A DNA stretch of 64,000 nt from Candidatus Tyrphobacter sp. (GCA_050733755.1 JBOHTS010000013.1:38562-102561), one strand, 5' to 3'. Shown: positions 44,962 through 53,957, counted from the first letter of the stretch. Translations and numbers: made by a program. The notes: a model not told the origin generated them from the sequence alone.

Positions 44962-47464
44962 GAACAACGACATCGTGCAGCAGGTCAACGTCGAAGACGA
45001 GATGCGGGAGAGTTATCTCTCGTACGCGATGTCGGTGATCGCCGCGCGCGCCCTTCCCGACGTGCGGGACGGCCTCAAACCCGTGCAGCGCCGCATCCTC
45101 TACGCGATGCGCGAGATGGGACTCGATCCCGGCAAACAGCACCGTAAGTGCGCCGGTATCATCGGCGAGGTGCTCAAGAGTTATCATCCGCACGGCGACG
45201 GTTCCGTCTACGACGCGCTCGTTCGCATGGCGCAGGAGTTCACGCTGCGCTATCCGCTCGTCGACGGACACGGAAACTTCGGCTCGATCGATCCCGACCC
45301 GCCGGCGGCCTATCGCTATACCGAGGCCCGGCTTGCCCGCCTTTCGCTCGACATGCTCGCCGACATCGATAAAGAGACCGTTCCATTCGTTCCGAACTTC
45401 GACAACCAGAGCACCGAGCCCGGCGTCCTTCCGGGGCGTCTCCCGCAACTGCTCGTGAACGGCTCGAGCGGTATCGCGGTCGGAATGGCGACGAACATCC
45501 CGCCGCACAATCTCGGCGAGATCGCCGATGCGATCGCCGCGATGATCGACGACGAGAACGTCAGCGACGACGCGCTCTTTGCGCTCGTTCCCGGCCCCGA
45601 CTTTCCCACCGGCGGCATCATCATGGGGCAGGAGGCGATTCGCCAAGCGTATCGCACCGGCCGCGGTTCCGTCGTCATGCGCGGCAAGGCCGAGATCGTC
45701 GAGGACCGCGGCAAGAACCGCATCATCATCACCGAGATCCCCTACCAGGTCTACAAGAACCGCATCGTCGAGGCGATCGCCGAAGCCCATGCCGAGAAGC
45801 GCATCACCGGCATCGCGCGTCTAGACGACGAGTCGAATCGCAAGGGGATGCGCGTCGTCGTCGAGCTCTCGCGCAACGCGACGCCGAAAGTCGTGCTGAA
45901 TCAGCTCTTTCGCCATACGCCGCTCCAAGCGAGCTTCGGCTTCAACATGCTCGCGCTCGTGCCGGCGCGCACCGCAAAGGGCGTCGCGAGCTCGGCACTC
46001 GAGCCGCAAGTGCTTCCGTTGCGCAGGTTCCTGGAACTCTTCATCGCGCATCGCAAGGACGTCGTTACCCGGCGTACGGCATACGATCTCGCGAAGGCGA
46101 AGGAGCGCGCGCACCTTCTCGAGGGCTACCGCATCGCTCTCGACAACATCGACGAGGTCATCGAGATCGTTCGCGGCAGCGCGACGACGGACGAAGCGAA
46201 GACGCGCCTTTCGAAGCGATTTTCGCTTTCGGACGTGCAGTCGCAAGCGATCGTCGACATGCGTCTGCGCACGTTGACCGGCCTGGAGCGCAAGAAGATC
46301 GAGGACGAGTACGTGGAACTCATCAAGACGATCGCCGAGCTCGAAGACATCCTTGGGAGCCCGCGTAAGGTCGCCGCGATCGTCAAGGGCGAGACGCTCG
46401 ATCTCAAGAAGCGTTTCGCCGACAAACGCCGGACGGAGATCGTTCCCGCCGAGGACGAGTTCTCCGTCGAGCAGCTCATCCCGAACATCGACGTCGTCGT
46501 GACGTCCACGGTCGGCGGATACATCAAGCGCGTCTCGGTCGACACGTTCCGGACGCAGAACCGCGGCGGGCGAGGCGTCATCGGCATCGCGAACCTCAAG
46601 CGCGAGGACATCGTTCGGAACTTCTTCGTTACGAAGACGCACGATCACGTGCTCTTCTTCACGAACAAAGGACGGGTCTATCGTCTGCGCGCGTACGAGA
46701 TCCCGGACACGACGCGTCAAGCACGCGGCACCGCACTCGTGAACCTTCTGACGTTGCCGCCGGGAGAGGAGGCGACGGCGGTCTTCCCGATCGACAAGTT
46801 CGACGGCGAGAAGTACCTCGTGATGGTGACGCGCCGCGGCGTCATCAAGAAGACGAAGCTCGGCGAGTTCGCCAACGTCCGCCGCAGCGGGCTCATCGCG
46901 CTCAATCTCGACGAAGGCGACGAGTTGCTCGCGGTCGACCTCTCCGACGGATCGCGCGACATCATTCTCGGAACGCTACGCGGCATGGCCGTGCACTTCA
47001 ACGAAAAGGGCGTGCGGCCGATGGGCCGGCCTGCGCGCGGCGTCAAGGCGATGACGCTCGAATCGGATGACGGAATCGTCGCGATGGACGTCATCGAGTC
47101 GAATCGCAAAGAAGTTCTCCTCGTAACGTCGCGCGGCTTCGGTAAGCGCACGCCGATCGAGGACTATCGTCACACGCAGCGCGGCGGCAAAGGCGTGAAG
47201 GCCTTCGCAAAGGAGCGCGAGGATATCGGCCACGTCGTCGACCAGATCATGGTTGCGCCGGACGATCAACTGCTCATGATTACCTCGGGGAATCAGGTCA
47301 TCCGCATCAAGGTGGCCGACATCCGCAGAACCGGGCGTTCCACGAAAGGCGTACACCTCCAGCGCCTGGGCGAAGGCGACGAGGTCATCGCGGTAACGAA
47401 CCTCGGCAAGCAGGCAAAGCAGCTCACGGACATCACCGGCGAGCCGACGCAGACGGAGTTGTGA
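44960..47464 (+). CDS. gyrA: DNA gyrase subunit A
   Basis: '[37 protein letters not shown]', active-site region '[10 protein letters not shown]', and a C-terminal beta-pinwheel with repeated GxGxK motifs. Confidence 0.95.
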   Translation: MNNDIVQQVNVEDEMRESYLSYAMSVIAARALPDVRDGLKPVQRRILYAMREMGLDPGKQHRKCAGIIGEVLKSYHPHGDGSVYDALVRMAQEFTLRYPLVDGHGNFGSIDPDPPAAYRYTEARLARLSLDMLADIDKETVPFVPNFDNQSTEPGVLPGRLPQLLVNGSSGIAVGMATNIPPHNLGEIADAIAAMIDDENVSDDALFALVPGPDFPTGGIIMGQEAIRQAYRTGRGSVVMRGKAEIVEDRGKNRIIITEIPYQVYKNRIVEAIAEAHAEKRITGIARLDDESNRKGMRVVVELSRNATPKVVLNQLFRHTPLQASFGFNMLALVPARTAKGVASSALEPQVLPLRRFLELFIAHRKDVVTRRTAYDLAKAKERAHLLEGYRIALDNIDEVIEIVRGSATTDEAKTRLSKRFSLSDVQSQAIVDMRLRTLTGLERKKIEDEYVELIKTIAELEDILGSPRKVAAIVKGETLDLKKRFADKRRTEIVPAEDEFSVEQLIPNIDVVVTSTVGGYIKRVSVDTFRTQNRGGRGVIGIANLKREDIVRNFFVTKTHDHVLFFTNKGRVYRLRAYEIPDTTRQARGTALVNLLTLPPGEEATAVFPIDKFDGEKYLVMVTRRGVIKKTKLGEFANVRRSGLIALNLDEGDELLAVDLSDGSRDIILGTLRGMAVHFNEKGVRPMGRPARGVKAMTLESDDGIVAMDVIESNRKEVLLVTSRGFGKRTPIEDYRHTQRGGKGVKAFAKEREDIGHVVDQIMVAPDDQLLMITSGNQVIRIKVADIRRTGRSTKGVHLQRLGEGDEVIAVTNLGKQAKQLTDITGEPTQTEL

Positions 47465-47477
47465 CGGCGCCGACTCC

Positions 47478-47729
47478 TCAGCGTGCTATGTGACTGCTGA
47501 TGCTTTCGAAAAATCCGACGACGATACCGACGACAACCGCGCTTGTGACGACGGCGGTAAGCAACTGATTGAACCGTGAGCCCACGTGACCGAAGCGTTG
47601 ACTCATCTCGGTTCGAAGTTCACGCACCTCTCCCTGAAGCGAATCGAGGCGCTTGTCCATCTGCTGGAAGGCGCCCTCTATTCGGCTCAGGCGAGGTTCC
47701 CACGGTTGGGCCGTCACCGATTCCAGCAT
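47478..47729 (-). CDS. Small coiled-coil tail-anchored membrane protein (83 aa); paralogue of 29861..30214
   Basis: 'QPWEPRLSRIEGAFQQMDKRLDSLQGEVRELR' plus the C-terminal TM 'LLTAVVTSAVVVGIVVGFF'. Confidence 0.5.
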   Translation of the reverse strand: MLESVTAQPWEPRLSRIEGAFQQMDKRLDSLQGEVRELRTEMSQRFGHVGSRFNQLLTAVVTSAVVVGIVVGFFESISSHIAR

Positions 47730-47848
47730 ATCTATGGATGATGGTCCCCCAAAGCCATGGCAGGGGGACGGGTACGTGCCCCGAGACTTGGAACCAAGTC
47801 CGCAGCAACCGTGTTTCGATTGAACGAGTAAGGAGACGAAAGACGCAA

Positions 47849-48175
47849 ATGGCCGCCATTGCAGAGGTATCGCAAGCCACCTTCGAGAGCGAAGTGCTCA
47901 AGAGCAAGCAGCCCGTGCTCGTGGATTTCTGGGCGCCGTGGTGCGGTCCGTGCCGTATGCTCGCGCCCGTCGTGGAGAAAGTCTCGCTCAAGTATGCCGG
48001 CAAGGCAAAGTTCCTCAAACTAAACACCGACGATAACCCGAGCATCAGCGGGCACTACGGCGTCACCGGCATCCCGTGTCTCATCCTCTTCAAGAACGGA
48101 GAGATCGCCGATCGCATCGTCGGCTACGTGCCGGAGAACACGATCGCGTCGATGCTAAACCGGCACGTCGCGTGA
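47849..48175 (+). CDS. trxA: Thioredoxin
   Basis: '[18 protein letters not shown]'. RBS AAGGAG at 47830-47835; ATG at 47849. Confidence 0.9.
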   Translation: MAAIAEVSQATFESEVLKSKQPVLVDFWAPWCGPCRMLAPVVEKVSLKYAGKAKFLKLNTDDNPSISGHYGVTGIPCLILFKNGEIADRIVGYVPENTIASMLNRHVA

Positions 48176-48213
48176 GGTTCCTGTCCGCAGCGTGCGCGTC
48201 GCGCCGAAGTCGC

Positions 48214-48329
48214 GTCATCCCGAGCCGTTTGGCTGCGCTGCTTTTGTCACCCCGAGCGTAGAGAGCGCAGCGAACGAAGTCGAGGGGCGCTCAGGACAGG
48301 CTCCGGCGCGTAGCGATGAAGTCGAGGGA
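48214..48329 (+). repeat. Intergenic copy of the GTCATCCCGAGC / GAAGTCGAGGG repeat element (with an extra 3' half-module)
   Basis: GTCATCCCGAGCcgtttggctgcgctgcttttGTCACCCCGAGCGTAGagagcgcagcgaacGAAGTCGAGGGG...GCGTAGcgatGAAGTCGAGGGA. Aligns block-for-block with the leuS copy. Confidence 0.7.
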
Positions 48330-48359
48330 CGGGCGGATGTCCGCGCGAAATGCCTCTCC

Positions 48360-49349
48360 ATGTTTGACGTGCGCGCCTTACCGAAGGCGGAGCTTCACGT
48401 ACACATCGAAGGGACGTTCGAGCCGGAGCTGATCTTCGAGATCGCCCGACGAAATCGCATCACCCTTGCGTATCCGAACGTCGAAGCGTTGCGCGCGGCG
48501 TACGACTTCACCGATCTGCAGACGTTCTTGAATCTCTATTACGCGGGGATGAACGTTCTGCGTACCCAGCGGGACTACTACGATCTCGCAACCGCATACT
48601 TGAACCGCGCTGCGCTCGACGGCGTGCGATGCGCCGAGATCTTCTTCGACCCGCAAGCGCACACGTCGCGAGGCATCGCGTTCGATACGGTCGTCGGAGG
48701 GTTACGAGCAGCGCTCGAAGACGGCAAGCGCGATCTCGGCATCGACTCGGCGCTCATCCTGTGCTTCTTGCGCGACCAGTCGGAAGAATCGGCGATGGAG
48801 ACGCTCGATCTCGCCCTGCGTAACCGCGAACGCATCATCGCCGTCGGCCTCGATTCGGCTGAACGCGGTAACCCGCCGTCGAAGTTCGAGCGCGTCTTCG
48901 CGCGCGCGCGAGCGGAGGGATTCGAAGCGGTCGCGCACGCCGGAGAAGAGGGGCCGCCGCAGTACATCGTCGAGGCGCTGGACGTTCTCAAGGTCTCGCG
49001 CATCGACCACGGCGTTCGCTGCATGGAAGACGACGCGCTCGTCGAGCGGCTGCGTCGCGAACGAGTTCCCCTGACGGTCTGCCCGCTCTCGAACGTAAAG
49101 TTGAAAGTCGTCCCCGACCTCGCGCACCATCCTCTGCGTAGGATGCTCGATGCCGGCCTCGTCGTGACGATAAACTCCGACGACCCGGCGTATTTCGCAG
49201 GGTATGTCGGGGCAAACTATGACGCATGCGCCCAGGCGCTGGGGCTGAGCCACTCCGACCTGGAGACCCTGGCCAACAACTCGCTGGAGGCGTCCTTCCT
49301 GCACGGCGGCCGAAAGGACCGGGCGGCAGCCAGCGCCAATCCGGCCTAA
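48360..49349 (+). CDS. Adenosine/adenine deaminase family (motifs look like the adenine-deaminase subgroup)
   Basis: '[26 protein letters not shown]', '[14 protein letters not shown]', '[15 protein letters not shown]', 'HAGEEGP', 'RIDHGVRC', 'INSDDPAYF'. I chose the ATG at 48360. The upstream track extension is read-through of the repeat. Confidence 0.85.
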   Translation: MFDVRALPKAELHVHIEGTFEPELIFEIARRNRITLAYPNVEALRAAYDFTDLQTFLNLYYAGMNVLRTQRDYYDLATAYLNRAALDGVRCAEIFFDPQAHTSRGIAFDTVVGGLRAALEDGKRDLGIDSALILCFLRDQSEESAMETLDLALRNRERIIAVGLDSAERGNPPSKFERVFARARAEGFEAVAHAGEEGPPQYIVEALDVLKVSRIDHGVRCMEDDALVERLRRERVPLTVCPLSNVKLKVVPDLAHHPLRRMLDAGLVVTINSDDPAYFAGYVGANYDACAQALGLSHSDLETLANNSLEASFLHGGRKDRAAASANPA

Positions 49350-49387
49350 TCAACTCTTAAGGTTCCCTTTTCCGGAGGTAACTGACT

Positions 49388-50443
49388 ATGCGTATCGCGA
49401 TCGCGCGACTTCTGCCCGCAGCGCTCACGGCGGCCTTCTTGGCAGGCTGCTCAGCGAGCGGTCCCTCGAAGGCGCCGGGGGCGTTTCCGGCGGTCAATCC
49501 CGGCGGCACGCCGCATGCACAGTACGTCGTGGTCGGTGACGACGGGAACGACTCGCTGCTCACGTATAACCTCGGTACCGGGAGCACGATCGTCGCCGGC
49601 AACCTCGCCCCCGCGTACGACAATCACAGCGCGACGCTGAAGGGCCCGTTTTTCATCTTCAATGACTTCAACAGCAATCTCTGGGCGGCAAACTTCTACA
49701 ACGCGTCCTTGACGTGGTACTCGGTTAGCGGCACCGGCGCCACGCCGACGGCGCACACGATCAGCGGCAGCAACACGACGCTTGGGAACCCAACCGGGGT
49801 CTACATCTCCGCGAACGGCACGATCTATGTGGCGGACCGGGACTCGACGCGTGGGTACGCCACGGTCGATGAGTTCGCGCCGGGTTCGAGCGGTAACGTC
49901 GCGCCGGTTGCTTGGATCGGTGGCCCGTCGACGACGCTCTCCGGGGTACAGGGCCTGAGCATCGACTCGAGCGGCAACCTGTGGGTCATCAACTTTGGCA
50001 CGCTCGGGGTCGATGAGTTTTCGTCGTCGCTGAGTGCAGGTCAGAACAATGTCGCTCCGACGGCGGCGATTACGAGCACCGCCCTGGGCGAACCCGTTGA
50101 AATGTATATCGACCGTCAGAGCCATATTTGGGTCGGTGACCTTTCCGCTGCGGTGACAGGTTTGCCGGCTCTCTTCGAGTTCAACGCGAACGGAGGTGCG
50201 CAGACGCCGATCTGTACGATCTCCGGCTCGAACACGGGTCTGGACGCGGCAGGAGGTCAGACTTCGGTGGCCGTCGACAACGGCGGCTACGTATACGCTG
50301 TGAATAATGCCTCGCCGATCATCGACATCTTCGCGAAAGGCCAATGCGGGAATGTTACACCCGCATATACGATTAGCGGGGCGGCAACCGGACTCTCCGC
50401 ACCTGCTGGGGTCGTCGTCTACTCGACCAGCAACGATTATTAG
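49388..50443 (+). CDS. Propeller-repeat lipoprotein P1 (array member 1)
   Basis: Lipobox 'AAFLAGC' followed by the conserved tether 'SGPSKAPGAFPAVNP'. Blades of the type 'GSSGNVAPVAWIGGPSTTLSGVQGLSIDSSGNLWV'. C-terminus 'GNVTPAYTISGAATGLSAPAGVVVYSTSNDY'. Confidence 0.75.
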   Translation: MRIAIARLLPAALTAAFLAGCSASGPSKAPGAFPAVNPGGTPHAQYVVVGDDGNDSLLTYNLGTGSTIVAGNLAPAYDNHSATLKGPFFIFNDFNSNLWAANFYNASLTWYSVSGTGATPTAHTISGSNTTLGNPTGVYISANGTIYVADRDSTRGYATVDEFAPGSSGNVAPVAWIGGPSTTLSGVQGLSIDSSGNLWVINFGTLGVDEFSSSLSAGQNNVAPTAAITSTALGEPVEMYIDRQSHIWVGDLSAAVTGLPALFEFNANGGAQTPICTISGSNTGLDAAGGQTSVAVDNGGYVYAVNNASPIIDIFAKGQCGNVTPAYTISGAATGLSAPAGVVVYSTSNDY

Positions 50444-50450
50444 ACGTCTA

Positions 50451-51580
50451 ATGCGCATCTCGCCGTCGATCCTCGCCGTCGCCGCGCTCTCCATCTCCGG
50501 CTGCAGCGGGGCGCGCCGGGACGCTTCCCACCCTTCCCAACGGTTAATCCCGGCGGAACCGCTCACGCGCAGTACGTCGTCGTCGCCGACGTCGGAAGCG
50601 AGTCGCTGCTCACGTACAACATCGGTACGGGCAGCACGATCGTCGCCGGCAACATCGCGCCCGCGTACGACAATCACAGCTCCTCGATCCGGGGCGCGTT
50701 CTACGTATTCAACGACTTCAACAGCAACCTCTGGGCGGCGAACGTCGACAACGCAACGTCGACATGGTACTCGGTGAGCGCCACCGGCACGCCGACGGCG
50801 CACGCGATCGGCGGCAGCAATACGACGCTTGGGTGTCCGGGCGGAGTCTATATCTCTTCGAGCGGCGCAATCTACGTGGCCGACCCTTGCACGGGGCGCT
50901 TGGACAAGTTCGTGCCGGGTGCGAGCGGGAACGTCGCGCCGTTCGCGTGGATCGGCGGCGATACGTGGACGCTCGTCGATCCGGATGCAGTCATCGCGGA
51001 TTCGAACGGCAACTTGTGGGTCGTCGACGACAACGTGCCTTCGGTGGACGAGTTTGGTTCGTCGCTGAGCCCGGGAGAGAATAGCATCGCGCCTTCGGCG
51101 ACGCTCACGAGCACTGCTCTCGGCTTCCCGATCGGAATCTACGTCGATCGCGAGAGTCACCTTTGGATCGCCGACCAATCGGATGGAGTCGACGAGACGC
51201 CCGCGCTCTTCGAGTTCGATCCGGCCGGTGGCTCGCAGTCGCCGATCTGCACGATATCCGGACCGAACACGACGCTCGTCAACCCCGGGGCAAGTATCTC
51301 GATGGCCGTCGACAACGGCGCGTACGTCTACGCGGTGAATGGGAGCGATTACGTCACTCCGGAGGCGCTGCGATCGATTAGGGCGAGTCGCGTTCACACC
51401 GATAGCGAGGACGGGAACCCGCAAGTCAGCATCTTCGCGAAGGGACAGTGCGGAAACGTAACGCCCGCATACACGATCGGCGGACCAGCCACCGATCTCG
51501 TCGACCCGGCTGCGGTTCTCGTCTACTCGACAGCAACGACTACTAAAACTTTAAACGTTATTGAGGTACTTTTGAAATGA
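50451..51580 (+). pseudogene. Propeller-repeat lipoprotein P2: signal peptide out of frame with the body, 1-nt deletion before the ancestral stop, ~80-nt insertion
   Basis: 'MRISPSILAVAALSISGCSG' (frame of 50451) and then 'APGRFPPFPTVNPGGTAHAQYVVV...' in the +2 frame. The 3' end 'tcgac-agcaacgactacTAA' is shifted relative to P1 'tcgaccagcaacgattatTAG'. Confidence 0.6.
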
Positions 51581-52683
51581 GAACCAGGAGTTTGCTCTTC
51601 ACGCTTGCGGCGCTCGGCGCCGCGGCGTTGGCGGCCTGCCAGGGCAGCGGCCCGTCGAAGGCTCCCGGCGCGTTTCCGGCCGTGAACCCATCTGGCGATC
51701 ACGCGGAAAGCGTCGTGGTTGGAGACGTAGGCAGCGGCTGTTCGGGGGGAACGACCAACAGCGCCGTGCTCTTTTACAGCCTAGGGACGAACACGATCCC
51801 GCTCTCGGGGAATCTTGCGCCTTCGACGGATCTCACCGGCGCGCATACGCAGTTGAACTATCCGGCCGGGCTGTTCGTGGACGACAACGGCAACCTCTGG
51901 GTCTCGAGCTACGGCGCCGCGGCCGTTCAGCAGTACTCGGTTGCGCCCAAGCCGACGGCAGCGCCATCGAAGACGATCACGGACACGCTCGACACCCCGC
52001 ATCTGTCGGGCCCGACCGCACTCTACGTGCAGCAGAACGCAAGCGGCGTGAACACCTGGGTCTACGTCGCAGACTTCTTGAGCAACGCGATCGATGTCTT
52101 CGCTGCTTCTGCCAGCGGCAACGTCCATGCATCCTACCAAATCGCCGGCGCCACGACGGCGCTTTCCAGTCCTTCCGGTATCGTGCTCGATCGGAACGGT
52201 AACATTTGGGTTGGAAATCGAGGAGGCTCCGACATCCTCGAGTTTCCACCGGTGACGGCGCTCGCGACCGGCGCGAACGACATCGCGCCATCGGTGAAGA
52301 TCGGCGCCGGTACTACGGGTCTCGTCGGACCGACGGGAGTCTACTTCGACCGAACCGGCGATCTCTGGGTCGGCGATCAGTTCTCCGACGCCATCTCCGA
52401 GTTCAGCGCATCGTCGATCGCGTCGTCGTATACTGGTTCGCCGGCTGTAACGATCAAGGGCGCTGCCACCGGTATCGCGGCGCCGTTCAGCGTCGTCATA
52501 GACAGCGGCGCAAACGTGTACGAGACCGGCTTTAGCGGTGCGACCGTCAACATCTGGAGCGCGACGAACGCGTTGACCGGAGGGAATATCGCGCCGACCT
52601 ACACGATCTTGGGAGCCGCGACGAAGCTCGTCTGCCCGTCAGCAATCCAAGTCTACTCGACCTCCGGAACCACGGACGTTTGA
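51577..52683 (+). CDS. Propeller-repeat lipoprotein P3 (array member 3)
   Basis: Lipobox 'AAALAAC', tether 'QGSGPSKAPGAFPAVNP', blades 'DDNGNLWVS', 'DRNGNIWVG', 'DRTGDLWVG', C-terminus 'CPSAIQVYSTSGTTDV'. Confidence 0.75.
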   Translation: MRTRSLLFTLAALGAAALAACQGSGPSKAPGAFPAVNPSGDHAESVVVGDVGSGCSGGTTNSAVLFYSLGTNTIPLSGNLAPSTDLTGAHTQLNYPAGLFVDDNGNLWVSSYGAAAVQQYSVAPKPTAAPSKTITDTLDTPHLSGPTALYVQQNASGVNTWVYVADFLSNAIDVFAASASGNVHASYQIAGATTALSSPSGIVLDRNGNIWVGNRGGSDILEFPPVTALATGANDIAPSVKIGAGTTGLVGPTGVYFDRTGDLWVGDQFSDAISEFSASSIASSYTGSPAVTIKGAATGIAAPFSVVIDSGANVYETGFSGATVNIWSATNALTGGNIAPTYTILGAATKLVCPSAIQVYSTSGTTDV

Positions 52684-52703
52684 CGGACTCCTAGAAAAGC
52701 ACG

Positions 52704-52728
52704 GGGCCGCTCGAAAGCGCGGCCCTTT
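52704..52728 (+). terminator. Hairpin GGGCCGC-tcgaaagc-GCGGCCC + TTT after P3
   Basis: 7-bp GC stem 20 nt after the P3 stop with a short T run. Flanked by an outer imperfect inverted repeat, cctagaaaag/ctttcctagg. Confidence 0.5.
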
Positions 52729-52889
52729 CCTAGGCTCTCGTTGCCGAGCGGGCGACGGCAGGAGCCGGGCCCCGCTCGCTTAATGCAGGGCTAAACTTTC
52801 TCTAATTTGCAGCCGTCTTTTTTGCTTTTGGAGGGCTCTCCTCAACGACCAGACCAAACGGCTATGGCCTCTCGCTCGTTCTCGCCGTC

Positions 52890-53930
52890 GTGGCTGCCGC
52901 CGCATTAGCGGGCTGTCAGGGCAGCGGATCGTCGCAGGCGCCCGGGGCGTTCCCACCCGTGAATCCTTCGGGCTCTCGTGCGCAGTACGTCCTTGTCTCC
53001 GACGCGTGCGCAGATGCCGGGCTGGTCTTCAGCTTGGGAACGAACACCGCACCAACGGTTCCGACGGCGCCCACGGATAACTACAGCGGTGCCAGTACCT
53101 CACTCGACGCGCCGTACAATGCCTTCGTCGATAACAGCGGCAACGAGTGGTTTTCGAACTATACAGGCGCAAGCGTCACCTACACGGCGGTGAACAAAAA
53201 CGGCAACGCAGCACCGACCAAGAAGCTCTCCGGCGCAACCACGACGTTGTCGGGCCCGACGGGCATCTACGTGGACCAAGCATCGGGCGTCAACCGGTAC
53301 CTCTACGTCGCAGACTATAGCGTCAACAAGATCGACATCTTTCAGGTCAGCCTGATGTCGGGCAGTTCGCCCGACATCGCGCCCACCTGGACGATCTCCG
53401 GCGGGACGACGGGTTTGTCCAGGCCGGAGGCGCTGACGCTGGACTCGAGCGGCAACATTTGGGTCGCGAACTATGGTGGGAAGGACATCCTTGAGTTCAG
53501 CAATCCGACCGGCGGCGCTCCGGGAAACTATAGCGGTTCGCCGATCGAGACGCTCGGCGGAGCAACGTCAACGCTCGTTGGTCCTCTGGGCCTAGCCCTC
53601 GACCGCAGCGGCAAGATCTGGATAGGTGATTACAGCAACGAGATTGACGAGTTTTCGGCGAGCAGCGGCGCCGGCGTCATCGATCCTGCGCCGTATCTCA
53701 CGATATCGAACGGAGCAATCTCTGAGCCCTATGGCGTCGCCGTCGACAGTGGCGGTAACGTCTACGAGGTCGGCTATGCGGCGCCGACTCTCAATATGTG
53801 GACTGCGAGTTCGCTCAAGGCCGGAAGCAACACCGGCGCACCGTCGTACGTCGTTTCGGGCGCGTCGAGCAAGTTGGATTGTCCCGCGGGACTGCAAGCC
53901 TACTCGACCTCCGGGACCACTGACGTCTAG
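52890..53930 (+). CDS. Propeller-repeat lipoprotein P4 (array member 4); 5' end problematic
   Basis: 'LAGCQGSGSSQAPGAFPPVNP', blades 'DNSGNEWFS', 'DSSGNIWVA', 'DRSGKIWIG', C-terminus 'CPAGLQAYSTSGTTDV'. The first in-frame start (GTG 52890) leaves only 7 residues before the lipobox Cys. Confidence 0.7.
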   Translation: MAAAALAGCQGSGSSQAPGAFPPVNPSGSRAQYVLVSDACADAGLVFSLGTNTAPTVPTAPTDNYSGASTSLDAPYNAFVDNSGNEWFSNYTGASVTYTAVNKNGNAAPTKKLSGATTTLSGPTGIYVDQASGVNRYLYVADYSVNKIDIFQVSLMSGSSPDIAPTWTISGGTTGLSRPEALTLDSSGNIWVANYGGKDILEFSNPTGGAPGNYSGSPIETLGGATSTLVGPLGLALDRSGKIWIGDYSNEIDEFSASSGAGVIDPAPYLTISNGAISEPYGVAVDSGGNVYEVGYAAPTLNMWTASSLKAGSNTGAPSYVVSGASSKLDCPAGLQAYSTSGTTDV

Positions 53931-53957
53931 TTCGGCGCGCGGCGCCTGAAAGTAAGG

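Noticed and set aside
48192-48359. 56-codon upstream extension of the deaminase ORF
   Set aside because: It is a translation of the intergenic repeat element ('[27 protein letters not shown]'). The same peptide-like read-through appears wherever the element occurs.
48176-48359. Possible purine riboswitch upstream of the adenosine/adenine deaminase
   Set aside because: The spacer shows none of the conserved purine-riboswitch core (no UAUAAU...CCGUAAAU-type junction sequences). It is explained by the repeat element.
49451-51424. 657-aa minus-strand ORF spanning P1 and P2
   Set aside because: It is antisense to two genes that have clear lipoprotein and repeat signatures. The translation is R/D/V-rich without motifs and crosses the P1/P2 intergenic gap, which a real gene would be unlikely to do.
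49388-53930. Idea that the lipoprotein array is a diversity-generating retroelement (DGR) target or a phase-variable cassette system
   Set aside because: There is no reverse transcriptase, template repeat, invertase or recombinase gene, and no inverted-repeat switch, anywhere in the window. Divergence between copies is spread over the whole length rather than confined to a variable region.
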